DNA from: a virus
Length of the DNA: 64,000 nucleotides
Strand: one strand, 5' to 3'
Virus record (IMG/VR): IMGVR_UViG_3300010397_000043
Location: 1-64,000 of that record
The translations under genes and the position numbers were made by a program. Numbering within the stretch: position 1 is the first letter of the stretch; every line of letters begins with the position of its first letter. Under the pieces are notes generated by a model, which was given only the letters and a program-made list of their open reading frames with translations, was not told the origin of the DNA and did no database searches. This document shows, piece by piece, positions 8,687 to 18,601 of the stretch.

Positions 8687-11600
8687 TTAACCAAAGAAGA
8701 ACGACGGCACCCAGCCACCGCCGACCACAACGTAGCCAACGTCCTGCACGACGCCGCCTGCGACGAGGCGGATCGAAACCTTAAAGCCGTAGTTGAACAA
8801 CTGGCCCGAAGCGACGGTCGGTGCCACGGTCCAACGCAAGATGCCAAGCGTACCGAGGTTGAACCACGTGTTCAACGACGGGCCGGTCAGCGCGCCAGTG
8901 AACGTGCCAACGTCGCCGGTATACCCAGGCACCAGCGCGGCCTCAACCTTCACCTCGAAGCGTGCGGCAATGTCGGAGGTGATCGGCTTCTGGAGCAACC
9001 ACGCGGCCGGCACTTCCTCGATCACGTTGTTCGGGATTGGTGCTTCACCAGAGAACGGTTGTGGCAAGCCGCGCAGCCCATACATGGCCCCGTTTGGCCG
9101 AAGCTCAAAGCCCGCATACCGAGTCGCAAGCTCGGCGTCCGTAGGCCCGGCAATAGGATCGCTGCCCAGCGGATTGGTCGTTTGGTTGTAGCTGACCGTA
9201 GCGTCAAGGTTTACCGGCGCGTCGGGCAGGTTGACCTCGTAGAACGCATCGAAGTTGGGGTCGTCCGGGTCCGGCGTAAAGCCACCCCCGCCCCCACCAA
9301 GCACAGGCGTGGTGGGACCAGTGGGGTCAATGTTGCCGACGAACAGGTCTGCAGTATGCACGCGGTTGTCCTCGACCACAGCGACGATACCGATCTCTTC
9401 CATGCTCCGCGGCGTAATGCCCAGGATGCGGATGTTACGTGCGATGTTCGTGGACGGGCCGAAGCTGAACGCGGTGCGGTCGTAGTCACTACCCGTGTTG
9501 GGAAAGAAGCCATCGGTGAACGTCATCGAGGCGTGCACGTAGATGGTCATCGGCTCTGGGTGCGGGTAGGCCGGGTAAGGCCCCTGGTACTTGCCATCCT
9601 TCGTCTGGAACACGATGTAGTTCTGCCCAGCCTGGAAAGCCACAGGCTCGGACAACCGCATGGCGAACACCAGCGCGCCGCTGACCGTCACGGGCGGCTG
9701 GTTGATATCGAAGTACTCAACCTCGCCACGGTACGCCCCGAAGGCCGGCACGTCATGCGACAGCGCGCACAGGTCACCCAGAGCCGGGATGAAGCCATCC
9801 ATCTCGGTCGAGAATGAAACGACCTTGCGCCGGTACAGGTTCGCCGCCAGGGTGTAGTACGCCTCACGGGCCGCGTGCGAGCGCGTGGTGATGCCCGGCA
9901 TCTGCACCCGCTGAGGGTTTTGTGGCGGGGTATCGCTATTGAGCAGTAGCTTGGCGTTGCCCAGCGTGTAGTAATCCTCGGCCCACGTGTACCGGTTGAA
10001 GAACTGCACCTCGATACCATCGGGTGAGTCTTCGGTCGGGATGATGTATTCGAGGCTCAGCGAACCACGGTTGATATTCCGCGAGCTGAACAGCGTCACG
10101 GGCGTGGTCTGCTGTTCGTCGCGCACGAACGTAAACACGCCGCCTCGCATGAATCGAGTCGTGCGGGCGGTGCGGGCGATCAGGGCGAGCGCGTCCCAGG
10201 TGGTCGTGCGCTGGTCGAACACGTAGTCAAATTTGTCGCCGCGGATGTCGGCGTTCTGGGCTTCGCGCAGCAGGGCCAGCGTATCCACGCGGAAGCCCGG
10301 CACGTTGCCGCCATAGTCAACGTTGATGAGGCAGTCCAGCGCAGCCCAAGCCCAGTTGCGAGTCAGTACCGGCGCGCTCAGGCCAGTCACCGGGTTCCAG
10401 ATCGGCAGCTTGCGCTCGGCCAGCACGGCGATTCGCCGCTGAGACAAGCCATTCAACTGCTCGGAAGCCTTGATCGCTACAGCGATGTACGTGGCCCGGG
10501 GGTCCAGCGGCGCGGGCTGATCCAGGTAACAACGCAGCGCAGCCCAATTGACTTTATGCGCGGCCTTGATGTCGTTGATCATCTCGGTATCCATGCGCTT
10601 CACGCGCACTTCGTACCGGCCACTCGGCACACCGTACACCCAGGTCTGGCGAATAGGCGTGAAGCTCGCCGCCGCCTGCGTCTCGGTCGAGATGATGAAC
10701 CAGCCAGCGGTCGGGTTGCCGAACGTGTCCACTGGGCGGGCGTACACGCGCCACGAGATGCTTAGCGGCCCGATGCTGCCATCGTCAAACTGATAGCCGA
10801 TGCCAACCGGGAAGATGATGTCGAGGCTCAACACACTCGTGGTCAGCCCGCCGCCACAGGCGGTAAACGGGCCGATCATCGTGTCCGTGTGCAATTCCTG
10901 CCCGCTGACTTCGACTGCGGTCACCACATTCGGGTTCACCAGTGCGGTCACATCGGTCGGGCTACCGATAACGACCTGCACACCCTCAAAGTGGTCGATA
11001 CGCGTATCGTCGATGAACACGTTCGACATGAGGATTTGGTACTCGCCCATGCCGACGCACATGAGTGCGAAGTAGTATTGGTCGCCCGCGCTGTCGTAGA
11101 TAGAATACGGCTGTGCCGCGAAGTCGGGATAGGTGATGTGGCTCCCGTAGATCACAGGGATCGGGTTGTTCAGCTTTGCCGAGTTGCCTTGGAGCGCAAT
11201 GTCGTAGACGCTGCTGCCCGCCGTGCCAGTGGCCGAAGGCGTCGCGGGGTTGCGGATCGGCAGCGCAAGGTTGATGAGCGCGTTGCCAACGATGATGATG
11301 CCGATCTGCAGCAGTGCGGTCACCTGCGAGCCGGTCAGGCCAGCGGTAAAGCCGTTGAGGATCAGCTCGGGCGCGAACTCGGGTGCGAAGATCATGGCCG
11401 CTGCGATCACGACCAGTTGCAGGATCGTCCGCAGCGGGTTCGATCCGCCGGCCCCGCCGCCACCCTCGATCAGCTCGACAAAGCACACACGGTCGCCAGC
11501 AACCGGCGCGTAGTCCCAGTCTTCTTGCAGCACAGGCTCGCCGTCGAGCAGGCAAACCCGGCGCGGCGTGCGCGACTCCGCCGCCATCTGGCGGAGGGTC

Positions 11601-11746
11601 ATGCCAAGCTCGAAACCCTCCATGCGCTTGTGGCGCGAAGTGATCTGGTCGCTGAGGAAAAGCACGGACAACTTGCCGTCCGCGTCCAAGTCTGCGAGTT
11701 GACCCCGCAGGTCGAGCAGTTCTTGAACTTCATCGTGCGGTTGCAT
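8687..11746 (-). CDS. Central tail tip/host-specificity protein (lambda gpI+gpJ-like)
   Basis: ~1020 aa; GGGG...NPLRTIL gpI-like segment, PIPVIYG..YPD motif, GRYEVRVKR, FTFVRDE; follows NlpC/P60; GAGG RBS before the ATG at 11746. Confidence 0.88.
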   Translation of the reverse strand: MQPHDEVQELLDLRGQLADLDADGKLSVLFLSDQITSRHKRMEGFELGMTLRQMAAESRTPRRVCLLDGEPVLQEDWDYAPVAGDRVCFVELIEGGGGAGGSNPLRTILQLVVIAAAMIFAPEFAPELILNGFTAGLTGSQVTALLQIGIIIVGNALINLALPIRNPATPSATGTAGSSVYDIALQGNSAKLNNPIPVIYGSHITYPDFAAQPYSIYDSAGDQYYFALMCVGMGEYQILMSNVFIDDTRIDHFEGVQVVIGSPTDVTALVNPNVVTAVEVSGQELHTDTMIGPFTACGGGLTTSVLSLDIIFPVGIGYQFDDGSIGPLSISWRVYARPVDTFGNPTAGWFIISTETQAAASFTPIRQTWVYGVPSGRYEVRVKRMDTEMINDIKAAHKVNWAALRCYLDQPAPLDPRATYIAVAIKASEQLNGLSQRRIAVLAERKLPIWNPVTGLSAPVLTRNWAWAALDCLINVDYGGNVPGFRVDTLALLREAQNADIRGDKFDYVFDQRTTTWDALALIARTARTTRFMRGGVFTFVRDEQQTTPVTLFSSRNINRGSLSLEYIIPTEDSPDGIEVQFFNRYTWAEDYYTLGNAKLLLNSDTPPQNPQRVQMPGITTRSHAAREAYYTLAANLYRRKVVSFSTEMDGFIPALGDLCALSHDVPAFGAYRGEVEYFDINQPPVTVSGALVFAMRLSEPVAFQAGQNYIVFQTKDGKYQGPYPAYPHPEPMTIYVHASMTFTDGFFPNTGSDYDRTAFSFGPSTNIARNIRILGITPRSMEEIGIVAVVEDNRVHTADLFVGNIDPTGPTTPVLGGGGGGFTPDPDDPNFDAFYEVNLPDAPVNLDATVSYNQTTNPLGSDPIAGPTDAELATRYAGFELRPNGAMYGLRGLPQPFSGEAPIPNNVIEEVPAAWLLQKPITSDIAARFEVKVEAALVPGYTGDVGTFTGALTGPSLNTWFNLGTLGILRWTVAPTVASGQLFNYGFKVSIRLVAGGVVQDVGYVVVGGGWVPSFFFG

Positions 11747-12185
11747 TCTCAACCTCGGCGAGTTTCTTGTTTCGCAGGAAGCGCGTATAGCCCCATCCGT
11801 GAGCACCGAACGATTTTACTGGCTGCAAGACCACACCGCCACCCGAGCCCGCGACGGTGAACGGCTGCAGGCTGTGCAGCACCCGATCAGGGGTCACCCA
11901 CAGGCCGCAATGCACCGGGAATGAGCTACGCCCGAGTAGGATGACGTCGAGTGGCCGCAGGGTCTTTACCTCGATCCAGTTATCGCGGCTTTCCTGCTCT
12001 TCGGAGAACACTTTGGCGAAGTCGCGCAGGTTCTGCCAATCGGCGGGCGCGAAGTCGGGCAGGTCAATGCCGAACCGTTCCAGATAGACAGCCTGCACAA
12101 GTCCCCAGCAACTAAAGGCGTCCGGCCCCTTGGCGCCGGGCATCCATGGCTTGCCGAGATAGCGATAGACCCAATCGTTGTCCAT
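11730..12185 (-). CDS. Tail tip assembly protein, NlpC/P60 (gpK-like)
   Basis: YLGKPW..GAKGPDAFSCWGLV, HCGLW and VLHS motifs. Confidence 0.9.
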   Translation of the reverse strand: MDNDWVYRYLGKPWMPGAKGPDAFSCWGLVQAVYLERFGIDLPDFAPADWQNLRDFAKVFSEEQESRDNWIEVKTLRPLDVILLGRSSFPVHCGLWVTPDRVLHSLQPFTVAGSGGGVVLQPVKSFGAHGWGYTRFLRNKKLAEVENATAR

Positions 12186-12188
12186 GGC

Positions 12189-12758
12189 TTACCTCGCCGT
12201 CAGGCCAGGGAATCGGGCCACCGTGTAGTTGAGGTACGGGAACCGCCTGTTCGTCAAGCTACCGAACCCGCACCGAGCCGTGACCCGAAAGTCGTCGGTC
12301 TTGATGTTATTGATTGTCATGATCAACGGCGGGCTAATGTGCGGTGCGCTCAGGTCCGTTGACAGGTAGGGCCGGTAGTACACCTGAATTGGTGCTTCCG
12401 ACACGGCTGCAGCTTCCAGGTACCCGTGCAGAAACTGCACGCAGTTGTCGATGCTCAGCACAAGCTCGCCCGGCGAGCCGCCGTCGTCCTCGGTCGGCAA
12501 GGTCAACTCGAATGGGATGGCGTAGAACGTAACCGAGCCACCCGGATTTACCGGGGCGTTGAATTCGAGCGTGGCCGTCAGGTTGTTGTAGTCGTTGACG
12601 ATGCGAGCGGCGGTCCGAGCCCCCGCACCATCGTAGAACGAGGGGTGGTGCAACTCCAACGTGTGGAAGATAACAACGTCCGAAGGGGCCGAAGCGTAAG
12701 CCTCGGCCAGCGCCTGCGAGTAGCTGACGCCCTTCTTGATAGGCTTGTAGACAGGCAT
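12189..12758 (-). CDS. Minor tail protein (DUF1833/gpL-like)
   Basis: EAYASAP, TLELHHPSF, LSIDN, YRPYLSTDL and FPGL motifs; position before NlpC/P60. Confidence 0.82.
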   Translation of the reverse strand: MPVYKPIKKGVSYSQALAEAYASAPSDVVIFHTLELHHPSFYDGAGARTAARIVNDYNNLTATLEFNAPVNPGGSVTFYAIPFELTLPTEDDGGSPGELVLSIDNCVQFLHGYLEAAAVSEAPIQVYYRPYLSTDLSAPHISPPLIMTINNIKTDDFRVTARCGFGSLTNRRFPYLNYTVARFPGLTAR

Positions 12759-12767
12759 GCGAGTTCC

Positions 12768-14963
12768 TTAGGGGATGTAGGTCGTGTGCCACGTTCCGCC
12801 ATCGTAGTAGCGCGGTGCGCCGCCGGGAACGGCAGACGTTGAGCTGCTGTTTACGTTTGAACCCCAGTTCGTGATGATCGAGGTATTCGGCACGTAGGAC
12901 GCGCCCATATTGATCGCGTTGTACTGGATCGTGACGCCGGTAAAAGTACCAGAGTAGTTGTACGCCTGGATGCCCGAGGTGTAGGCGTTGTACTCGATCA
13001 GCACGTTACCGGAAGCACCGAACACACCAGCGGGCACACCGTTCGTCTGCTTAAACACGTTGCCCGCGATATAGTTGTCATGGCCCGGGTCGCCACCGCC
13101 AGCATCACCCATAGTCATCGCCGCGGAGTTGTCCGAGTGCGAGTCACCAGTCGCCATCGTGACTTCGATGTAGTTGCCCATGAACTTACACCCACTCGAT
13201 TGGTAGAAGCTCACCGAGTCACTGTGGTAGCTCGTGCCGTAGACGAGGTTGTCGCGGACGACGTTGTTGGTCGTGTTGTCGAATTCCAGGGCGGTCGATT
13301 GCGGGAACACGCCGTTGCTGAAATCGTCGAGCACGTTCTTCTGCACGAGGTTGTCGTGGCAACCCGATCCGCTACCGAGCACGCCCCGGTTGCCATGCTT
13401 GATGTTGTTGTACTCGATGGTGCAGTGATCGCCGTAAAGTTCAATGCAGGCGTTACCCCGAGACTGCTGGAAGTCGCAGTCGCGAATCTGCACACCAGTC
13501 ACGCCACTGTTGATCAGGATGCACGAGCTGGTGGTGAAGCTGCCGGTCGGGAACCGCTTGCCGCTGATGACTTGGTTGTTAGTCGCAACGATCTGCGTGG
13601 TCTGGTTGGTGAAGCTCGTGACCCGGGGGCCAGGAAGCGTGCTCGTACCGACTTGCAGATTCGCGCTGATCGTGGTGCGACACTGCACCGTTGCGTTGAC
13701 TGCAGGCGGGGCAGGCGGAGGCGGGGGCGGCGGAGGCGGCGGCGCACCCACCAGCGGCGGGGGCACAACACCAGCGTCCCAGGTCGTGAACCGGGTATGC
13801 GCGATCTTGAACAGATCATACGGCGGCGGGGGCACCGTCGGATCGTTCGCATAGCAGGCTCGAATCACCGACAGCAACTTACCGTCGCTGTTGATATTGG
13901 GCACCGTATGCGTGGCGATCACGCTCGTCAGGTTCTCGATTGTTAGCAGGCCATTACCAACGGTAATCGCAAGCGAATGTGTCGCGGCCGGATTCGGGAT
14001 CGTGTGATCGTAGTTGACCACGTCCCAGAGGCCAGGGTTGCTGCCGTTGCGCGACCAATACGAGGTGCGGAAATCAGCAGACCCATCGGGTCGAAGCATA
14101 CGAATCACCCACACCGCGATGATGTTGTTTCCGATGCTGTCGTAGACCTCGAAGCTAAACTCAACACCGACGCGAGAACCGAATGCCAGACTGATCGGGT
14201 AGGTCGAAGCTGAGTACGCCTTGTTTAGGGTCGCCGTCTGCTCCATACGCACGTACTGCTTCACAGGAATCTGCACGCGATGCGAGCCGTCCTGGAAGTC
14301 TTTAATCATTGCCGCCGGCTGCGCCGAGGGGTTGTCCGTGTAATTCGGCACGAGGAAACCCGCGCCGTCGATCTTCATGTTCGAGACGTTGTGCCCGTAC
14401 GGATGGAAGCCGTAGATCGTATTCGGCGTGTGGTTCCAAATGTCCGTCGAGGTGCCGTCGAAGTAGTCCTCGTACAGCACGACCGAGGCATGCGAAGGCA
14501 GGGGCGGCGGAGGCGGGGGCGGCGCAGGCGGCGGCGCACCAGGGAAGCCACCCGCACCACCCAGACCCGTCGAGCTACCCGTAGCGCGGCGACGAATCTC
14601 CATCTTCATGGTCAGCGTCCAGCCTGACCCGCCGAGCGGGCTGGCTTGGTACGGCTCGCTGATGCGGCAGTACATCCACTGCAGACCGAGCCCAGTCGGG
14701 ATCAGCGCGATAAACCAGCGACGGCCATAGCGCAGCGTCGTTTGGAACGCGCTGTAGAAAGTGATGTACTCGTCGTCGTGCAGTGTGTACGTCACCTGCA
14801 CCGTGCCGCTCTTGGTGCTGGACTTTAGGCGCGCGTTGCCCCAGATGCCTTCATCTTTGGGCTCGATCTTGGCCGTGGGGTACAGGTCAAAATCGAACGA
14901 GCTTGGAACGAACCAGTCCGGCGCGACCGGCGGCGAGGAAGTCGTCCAGGTGGGCGAAGACAT
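12768..14963 (-). CDS. Distal-tail-like protein fused to carbohydrate-binding and beta-helix (depolymerase-like) domains
   Basis: N-terminal ~125 aa resemble gpM/Dit (FYSAFQTTLRYGRRWF, GWTLTMKMEI); polyproline linkers; C-terminal parallel beta-helix repeats (TIEYNNI, LVQKNVL, VVRDNLV, FMGNYI, IAGNVF). Confidence 0.7.
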   Translation of the reverse strand: MSSPTWTTSSPPVAPDWFVPSSFDFDLYPTAKIEPKDEGIWGNARLKSSTKSGTVQVTYTLHDDEYITFYSAFQTTLRYGRRWFIALIPTGLGLQWMYCRISEPYQASPLGGSGWTLTMKMEIRRRATGSSTGLGGAGGFPGAPPPAPPPPPPPLPSHASVVLYEDYFDGTSTDIWNHTPNTIYGFHPYGHNVSNMKIDGAGFLVPNYTDNPSAQPAAMIKDFQDGSHRVQIPVKQYVRMEQTATLNKAYSASTYPISLAFGSRVGVEFSFEVYDSIGNNIIAVWVIRMLRPDGSADFRTSYWSRNGSNPGLWDVVNYDHTIPNPAATHSLAITVGNGLLTIENLTSVIATHTVPNINSDGKLLSVIRACYANDPTVPPPPYDLFKIAHTRFTTWDAGVVPPPLVGAPPPPPPPPPPAPPAVNATVQCRTTISANLQVGTSTLPGPRVTSFTNQTTQIVATNNQVISGKRFPTGSFTTSSCILINSGVTGVQIRDCDFQQSRGNACIELYGDHCTIEYNNIKHGNRGVLGSGSGCHDNLVQKNVLDDFSNGVFPQSTALEFDNTTNNVVRDNLVYGTSYHSDSVSFYQSSGCKFMGNYIEVTMATGDSHSDNSAAMTMGDAGGGDPGHDNYIAGNVFKQTNGVPAGVFGASGNVLIEYNAYTSGIQAYNYSGTFTGVTIQYNAINMGASYVPNTSIITNWGSNVNSSSTSAVPGGAPRYYDGGTWHTTYIP

Positions 14964-14972
14964 GCGAACCTC

Positions 14973-15503
14973 TTACACCGAGAACCAGGGAACATAGCCG
15001 ACTGTGCCGCTGTCGTCGCACACCTTGATCCACTTGCGAACAACCAGGGTGGCCGGCGCATTGCTGGCGCTGAACGTGGCGCCGCTCGACCCGGTGAACA
15101 TCATGCCCTCAAGCATGAACGTGCCCGTTTCGGTCTTCAGCTTCACCTTGTCGCCCGAGGCGCGGAGGATGCCCTTCGCGGTCATCGCACCAGCCGTGTC
15201 GCGGGCCTCGACCGTGAACGACGAGTAGCCGTTGGACGCGTACATATAGCACGTGCCGCGGACGGTACTGTTCACGGCCGTCAAGCTAAAGATGACGCCA
15301 GCGTCGGTCGTATCCGGGCTCGCGCTGATCATGTCGATGGAGTGCGGCAGGCTCGAATCGAAGCTGAACCAGCCGGGGATGATGAACGCCTTGATCTGGT
15401 TGGGCGTGACTTTCACGTTGCCGCCCGACTGCACGCCGGCCAGCAATTCCGTACCGCCCAAAGTTGCTGCAGCAGAGAAAGCGCTGATTTTGGTATCTGC
15501 CAT
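14973..15503 (-). CDS. Short tail fibre-like protein
   Basis: N-terminus MADTKISAFSAAATLGGTELLAGVQSGGNVKVT, typical of phage fibre starts. Confidence 0.6.
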   Translation of the reverse strand: MADTKISAFSAAATLGGTELLAGVQSGGNVKVTPNQIKAFIIPGWFSFDSSLPHSIDMISASPDTTDAGVIFSLTAVNSTVRGTCYMYASNGYSSFTVEARDTAGAMTAKGILRASGDKVKLKTETGTFMLEGMMFTGSSGATFSASNAPATLVVRKWIKVCDDSGTVGYVPWFSV

Positions 15504-15506
15504 GGT

Positions 15507-16118
15507 TTACTCCGTAAGAACCCTGCCGCTGCTTTCCAGCAGAATATTGTCACCACCTTCGGTCAACATAGAACCGCTGCCACCGCTGCCGCCGACTGGT
15601 GTACCCGATGGGAACACGTGGACGACGCTACCCGTCGAAGCGAGCAGGCCCGCCAGCCTCACACCGACGTTAAGGCTAGCACTCACGCCCATGGAGGCAC
15701 CCATGCTCGCCGCCAGCACGGTATCGAACACCGGCGACGTGATCGCCCCACCAATGGAGAGCAGCCTAGCTGACACGCTCCACGTGTTTACCTCTGGCCC
15801 GGTTTTGTTGGCCTTGTACAGCCCGAAGAACTGGCAGTTGTGCCAAGCCAGTCCAGCTTGCTTGTCGGATACCCGCATGACGAAGCCGAGCACACCGTTG
15901 AACAGGCTGTCGTGGAAAAAGGTCTCGAAGGCGTCGTACTGCTCGTCCGTCAGCGACCAGGAAACCTCGAACAGATCGGGCGGTGCCGAGTAGCACGGAC
16001 GTGACCGATCCTCACCCTGGTCGCGCGGCGTGCGCTTCTGCATCGGGGCGTGCGACTCCGCATACCCCGACTTGGTAGGCGGGGGCAGGTTGGTCGGGAA
16101 GATGATCGTGTCGGCCAC
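15507..16118 (-). CDS. Distal tail protein-like (gpM-like) with C-terminal LTE motif
   Basis: FPTNLPPP, VSWSLTDEQYDAFETFFHDSLFNG, WSVSARL; directly after tape measure. Confidence 0.75.
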   Translation of the reverse strand: MADTIIFPTNLPPPTKSGYAESHAPMQKRTPRDQGEDRSRPCYSAPPDLFEVSWSLTDEQYDAFETFFHDSLFNGVLGFVMRVSDKQAGLAWHNCQFFGLYKANKTGPEVNTWSVSARLLSIGGAITSPVFDTVLAASMGASMGVSASLNVGVRLAGLLASTGSVVHVFPSGTPVGGSGGSGSMLTEGGDNILLESSGRVLTE

Positions 16119-16120
16119 GA

Positions 16121-18592
16121 TTAACGCGCTCCATAAGCCCGGTTGAGACCGTAGCGTTGCTCGATGGTGCGGGCCACCCCGCGACCGCTGTTCACGTCGC
16201 TATTGATGATGTCGCGCACCTTCTTGTCCAGGTACACGTCCACTTGCTGTTGACCATCGGGGCCGGAGCGCGTCTGCGTCGAAACCTCGCTCGCGTCGCC
16301 GGACGAGTAGATGTTGATAATCGGCGCAGCCGACTTGCCCATGCTGACCGGGATCGAGCGCCCATCGGGCAGGGGCACAAAGGCTTCCGGCCGCGAGCCC
16401 TCGCCATACATGGCAAGCTGAGGCGTGTGCGCGATCCCACCACGGGAGTAACGCTTCAAGTCCATCGGGCCAAACCCGGTCATGATGCCGCCGTTCGCCT
16501 GCGCCCACGCACCCATGTTCGTGAAGATCTCCTGGAAGCCACTGAAGATGGCCGACGCCCCACCAGCATCTTGCGCGGAGGTGTAGAACTGGCGAAGCTG
16601 CGCGGTCAGGAAGTCGCTGATAGTCAAGCGCACCAAGCTATTCATGATATTGGTGATCATCTTACTAAAGCTCGACTGCGTGCCCGTGATGAAGTCTGTG
16701 AACTCGCCGGCGATGTTGTCAATAGCCTTCTGGAAGTTCTTCTCGAAAATCTTGCTAAGGGATGCCGACTGGTCAACGAAGTTTTCGAGCTTACCGATCT
16801 CTGCTTCCAGGAACTTGCGCTCGGGCTTGGTGAGCGTCGGGTCGGCCATCAGTTTGTAGAGTTCAGCAAGCTGGTCCGCAGCGTCTGCCGCTTTTTTCTT
16901 GAACTCATCCAGCGACTGGTCTGCCAGGAACAGTGGGTTTTGCCCAGCCTGCGCGGACACTTGCTCGGCAAGCCGCTCCATCCGCTTATTGGACTCTTCA
17001 CTTACGTGGTACGTGTCCACCCTGGCCGCGGCATCGAGGGCCGCGAGAAGTGTTTGAGTTTCGTTTTCGCCGACCTTGAGCTTGCCGGAAATGACGGCGT
17101 TAACCAACTTTTCGTAATCGGTCTCAGCCTTGCCCGAAAGTGAGTCCAGCTTATCTGCAAGGTCAAGCCCCTTAGCAATTTCGGCCTGCAGGTAGTTTTC
17201 CAGTGGCGTGTCACCGGGCTCTTTCTTCACACGATCTGGCTTAGGGGGCGGCTTGGGCGGGAAATGGTTCTGGCTGAACCTGCGAGCGGTTTCGTTCGCA
17301 TTAATCTCATCCAGGCCACCGGGCATCGTGCGGTTGTTCAGTTCGCTGAGCCGGTTCAGCGCAGCCTGCCGGTCCCTGATCTGGTTCTGAATACGAGATA
17401 GGCGCTCGGTAGCCGCTTGCTCCTCACGCTGGCCCAGGCTACCAGACGCGATCTGGTCGTTCAGTTTCGCCTCGACCTGCTTCAACCGGTCAAGCTCGGC
17501 GTTGATCTTCCCAATATCACCGACAATACGATCCGTCTGGCTCTCGGGTTCTTGGTCACCATAGATAAGCCGACGAATCAAGCCGGACGGCGTCATCTTG
17601 CCAAGCTCGTTGAGCATCCACTTAAAGCCATTGACGATGCGGCCGACGTTGCTGTCCCCGCGCGCTTCTGACTCGTCAGCCAGTTGGCGAAGTTCTTTAC
17701 GCAGGCTACCGATGCTATCCGTGAGTGCCTTGAACGGGTCGCCACCGATGCCGCCCGTGAGCAAACGTGCGAGTTCGCCGATAGCACCGGTCGCCTCACT
17801 CTTGAGCCCTTCAAACGACTGCGCGAAGGTCTTTGGAATTTTTGCCGCTGCTTCGTTTAGCCTGTCCAGCATCGAAACGCCGTCCTTGCCACCATCTAGC
17901 ATGGCCTTGATTAGCGTCTCAACATCCAACTTACCTTCGGTACCCAGCTTGCGAAGCTCGCCAAGCGTCACGCCCAGGGCCTTCGCCAGAGCGTTCATGA
18001 AGGCCGCGTTGTTCTCGGAGATGGAACGGAATTCGTCTCCAGCGAATCGGTTCGATACCAACGCCTGACCGAACTGGATAAGCGCCGCGTTCGCTTCCTG
18101 GGTACTCGACCCAGACAAACGCAACGAAGCCGCGAAGCCTTCGGTGACTTTGGTCGCTTGCGCTTGAGTCAAGCCGTAGTTCTGCCCCGCGCGAGTGACC
18201 TTTTCGTACAGCTTCGCGGTACTGTCCAACTCGCGGCCGGACTCGCGCGAGATGCGGATAATTTCGTCGGTGGCCTTCGCCACAGCAGACTCGCCGCCAA
18301 GCACCAGCTTCAGCCGGCCTTCTAGAATCGCGTAAGACTGCGCAGCCTCGATGATGGCCTTGCTGTACGACAAAATCTGGTCCGTGGCGAAGAAGCCCGC
18401 CGCGAACGCCCCCAGCTTGGTTGCGAACCCAGAGAGGCTACTGAATCCAGACTCGACGTTCTTCTGCAGCGCAGCGGTGTTTTTATCCACCTGCGACATA
18501 TTCGTCGCGAGAGCCTTGATGTTGGCAGAGGCTTCCTGCGACGCGATGACGTCGATCCGAATGATCTTCTCGACAACTTGTTGTTCAGCCAC
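16121..18592 (-). CDS. Tape measure protein
   Basis: 823 aa, helical; ALIQFGQAL...GDEFRSISEN motif; C-terminal ANGG...GEGSRPEAFVPL. Confidence 0.95.
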   Translation of the reverse strand: MAEQQVVEKIIRIDVIASQEASANIKALATNMSQVDKNTAALQKNVESGFSSLSGFATKLGAFAAGFFATDQILSYSKAIIEAAQSYAILEGRLKLVLGGESAVAKATDEIIRISRESGRELDSTAKLYEKVTRAGQNYGLTQAQATKVTEGFAASLRLSGSSTQEANAALIQFGQALVSNRFAGDEFRSISENNAAFMNALAKALGVTLGELRKLGTEGKLDVETLIKAMLDGGKDGVSMLDRLNEAAAKIPKTFAQSFEGLKSEATGAIGELARLLTGGIGGDPFKALTDSIGSLRKELRQLADESEARGDSNVGRIVNGFKWMLNELGKMTPSGLIRRLIYGDQEPESQTDRIVGDIGKINAELDRLKQVEAKLNDQIASGSLGQREEQAATERLSRIQNQIRDRQAALNRLSELNNRTMPGGLDEINANETARRFSQNHFPPKPPPKPDRVKKEPGDTPLENYLQAEIAKGLDLADKLDSLSGKAETDYEKLVNAVISGKLKVGENETQTLLAALDAAARVDTYHVSEESNKRMERLAEQVSAQAGQNPLFLADQSLDEFKKKAADAADQLAELYKLMADPTLTKPERKFLEAEIGKLENFVDQSASLSKIFEKNFQKAIDNIAGEFTDFITGTQSSFSKMITNIMNSLVRLTISDFLTAQLRQFYTSAQDAGGASAIFSGFQEIFTNMGAWAQANGGIMTGFGPMDLKRYSRGGIAHTPQLAMYGEGSRPEAFVPLPDGRSIPVSMGKSAAPIINIYSSGDASEVSTQTRSGPDGQQQVDVYLDKKVRDIINSDVNSGRGVARTIEQRYGLNRAYGAR

Positions 18593-18601
18593 GTGGCCCC
18601 C

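Noticed and set aside
8210-9817. Long plus-strand ORFs opposite structural genes (also 3433..4677, 16157..17143, 24628..25857, 26319..27902)
   Set aside because: Antisense shadows of well-supported minus-strand genes in GC-rich DNA; Arg/His-rich with no recognisable motifs.
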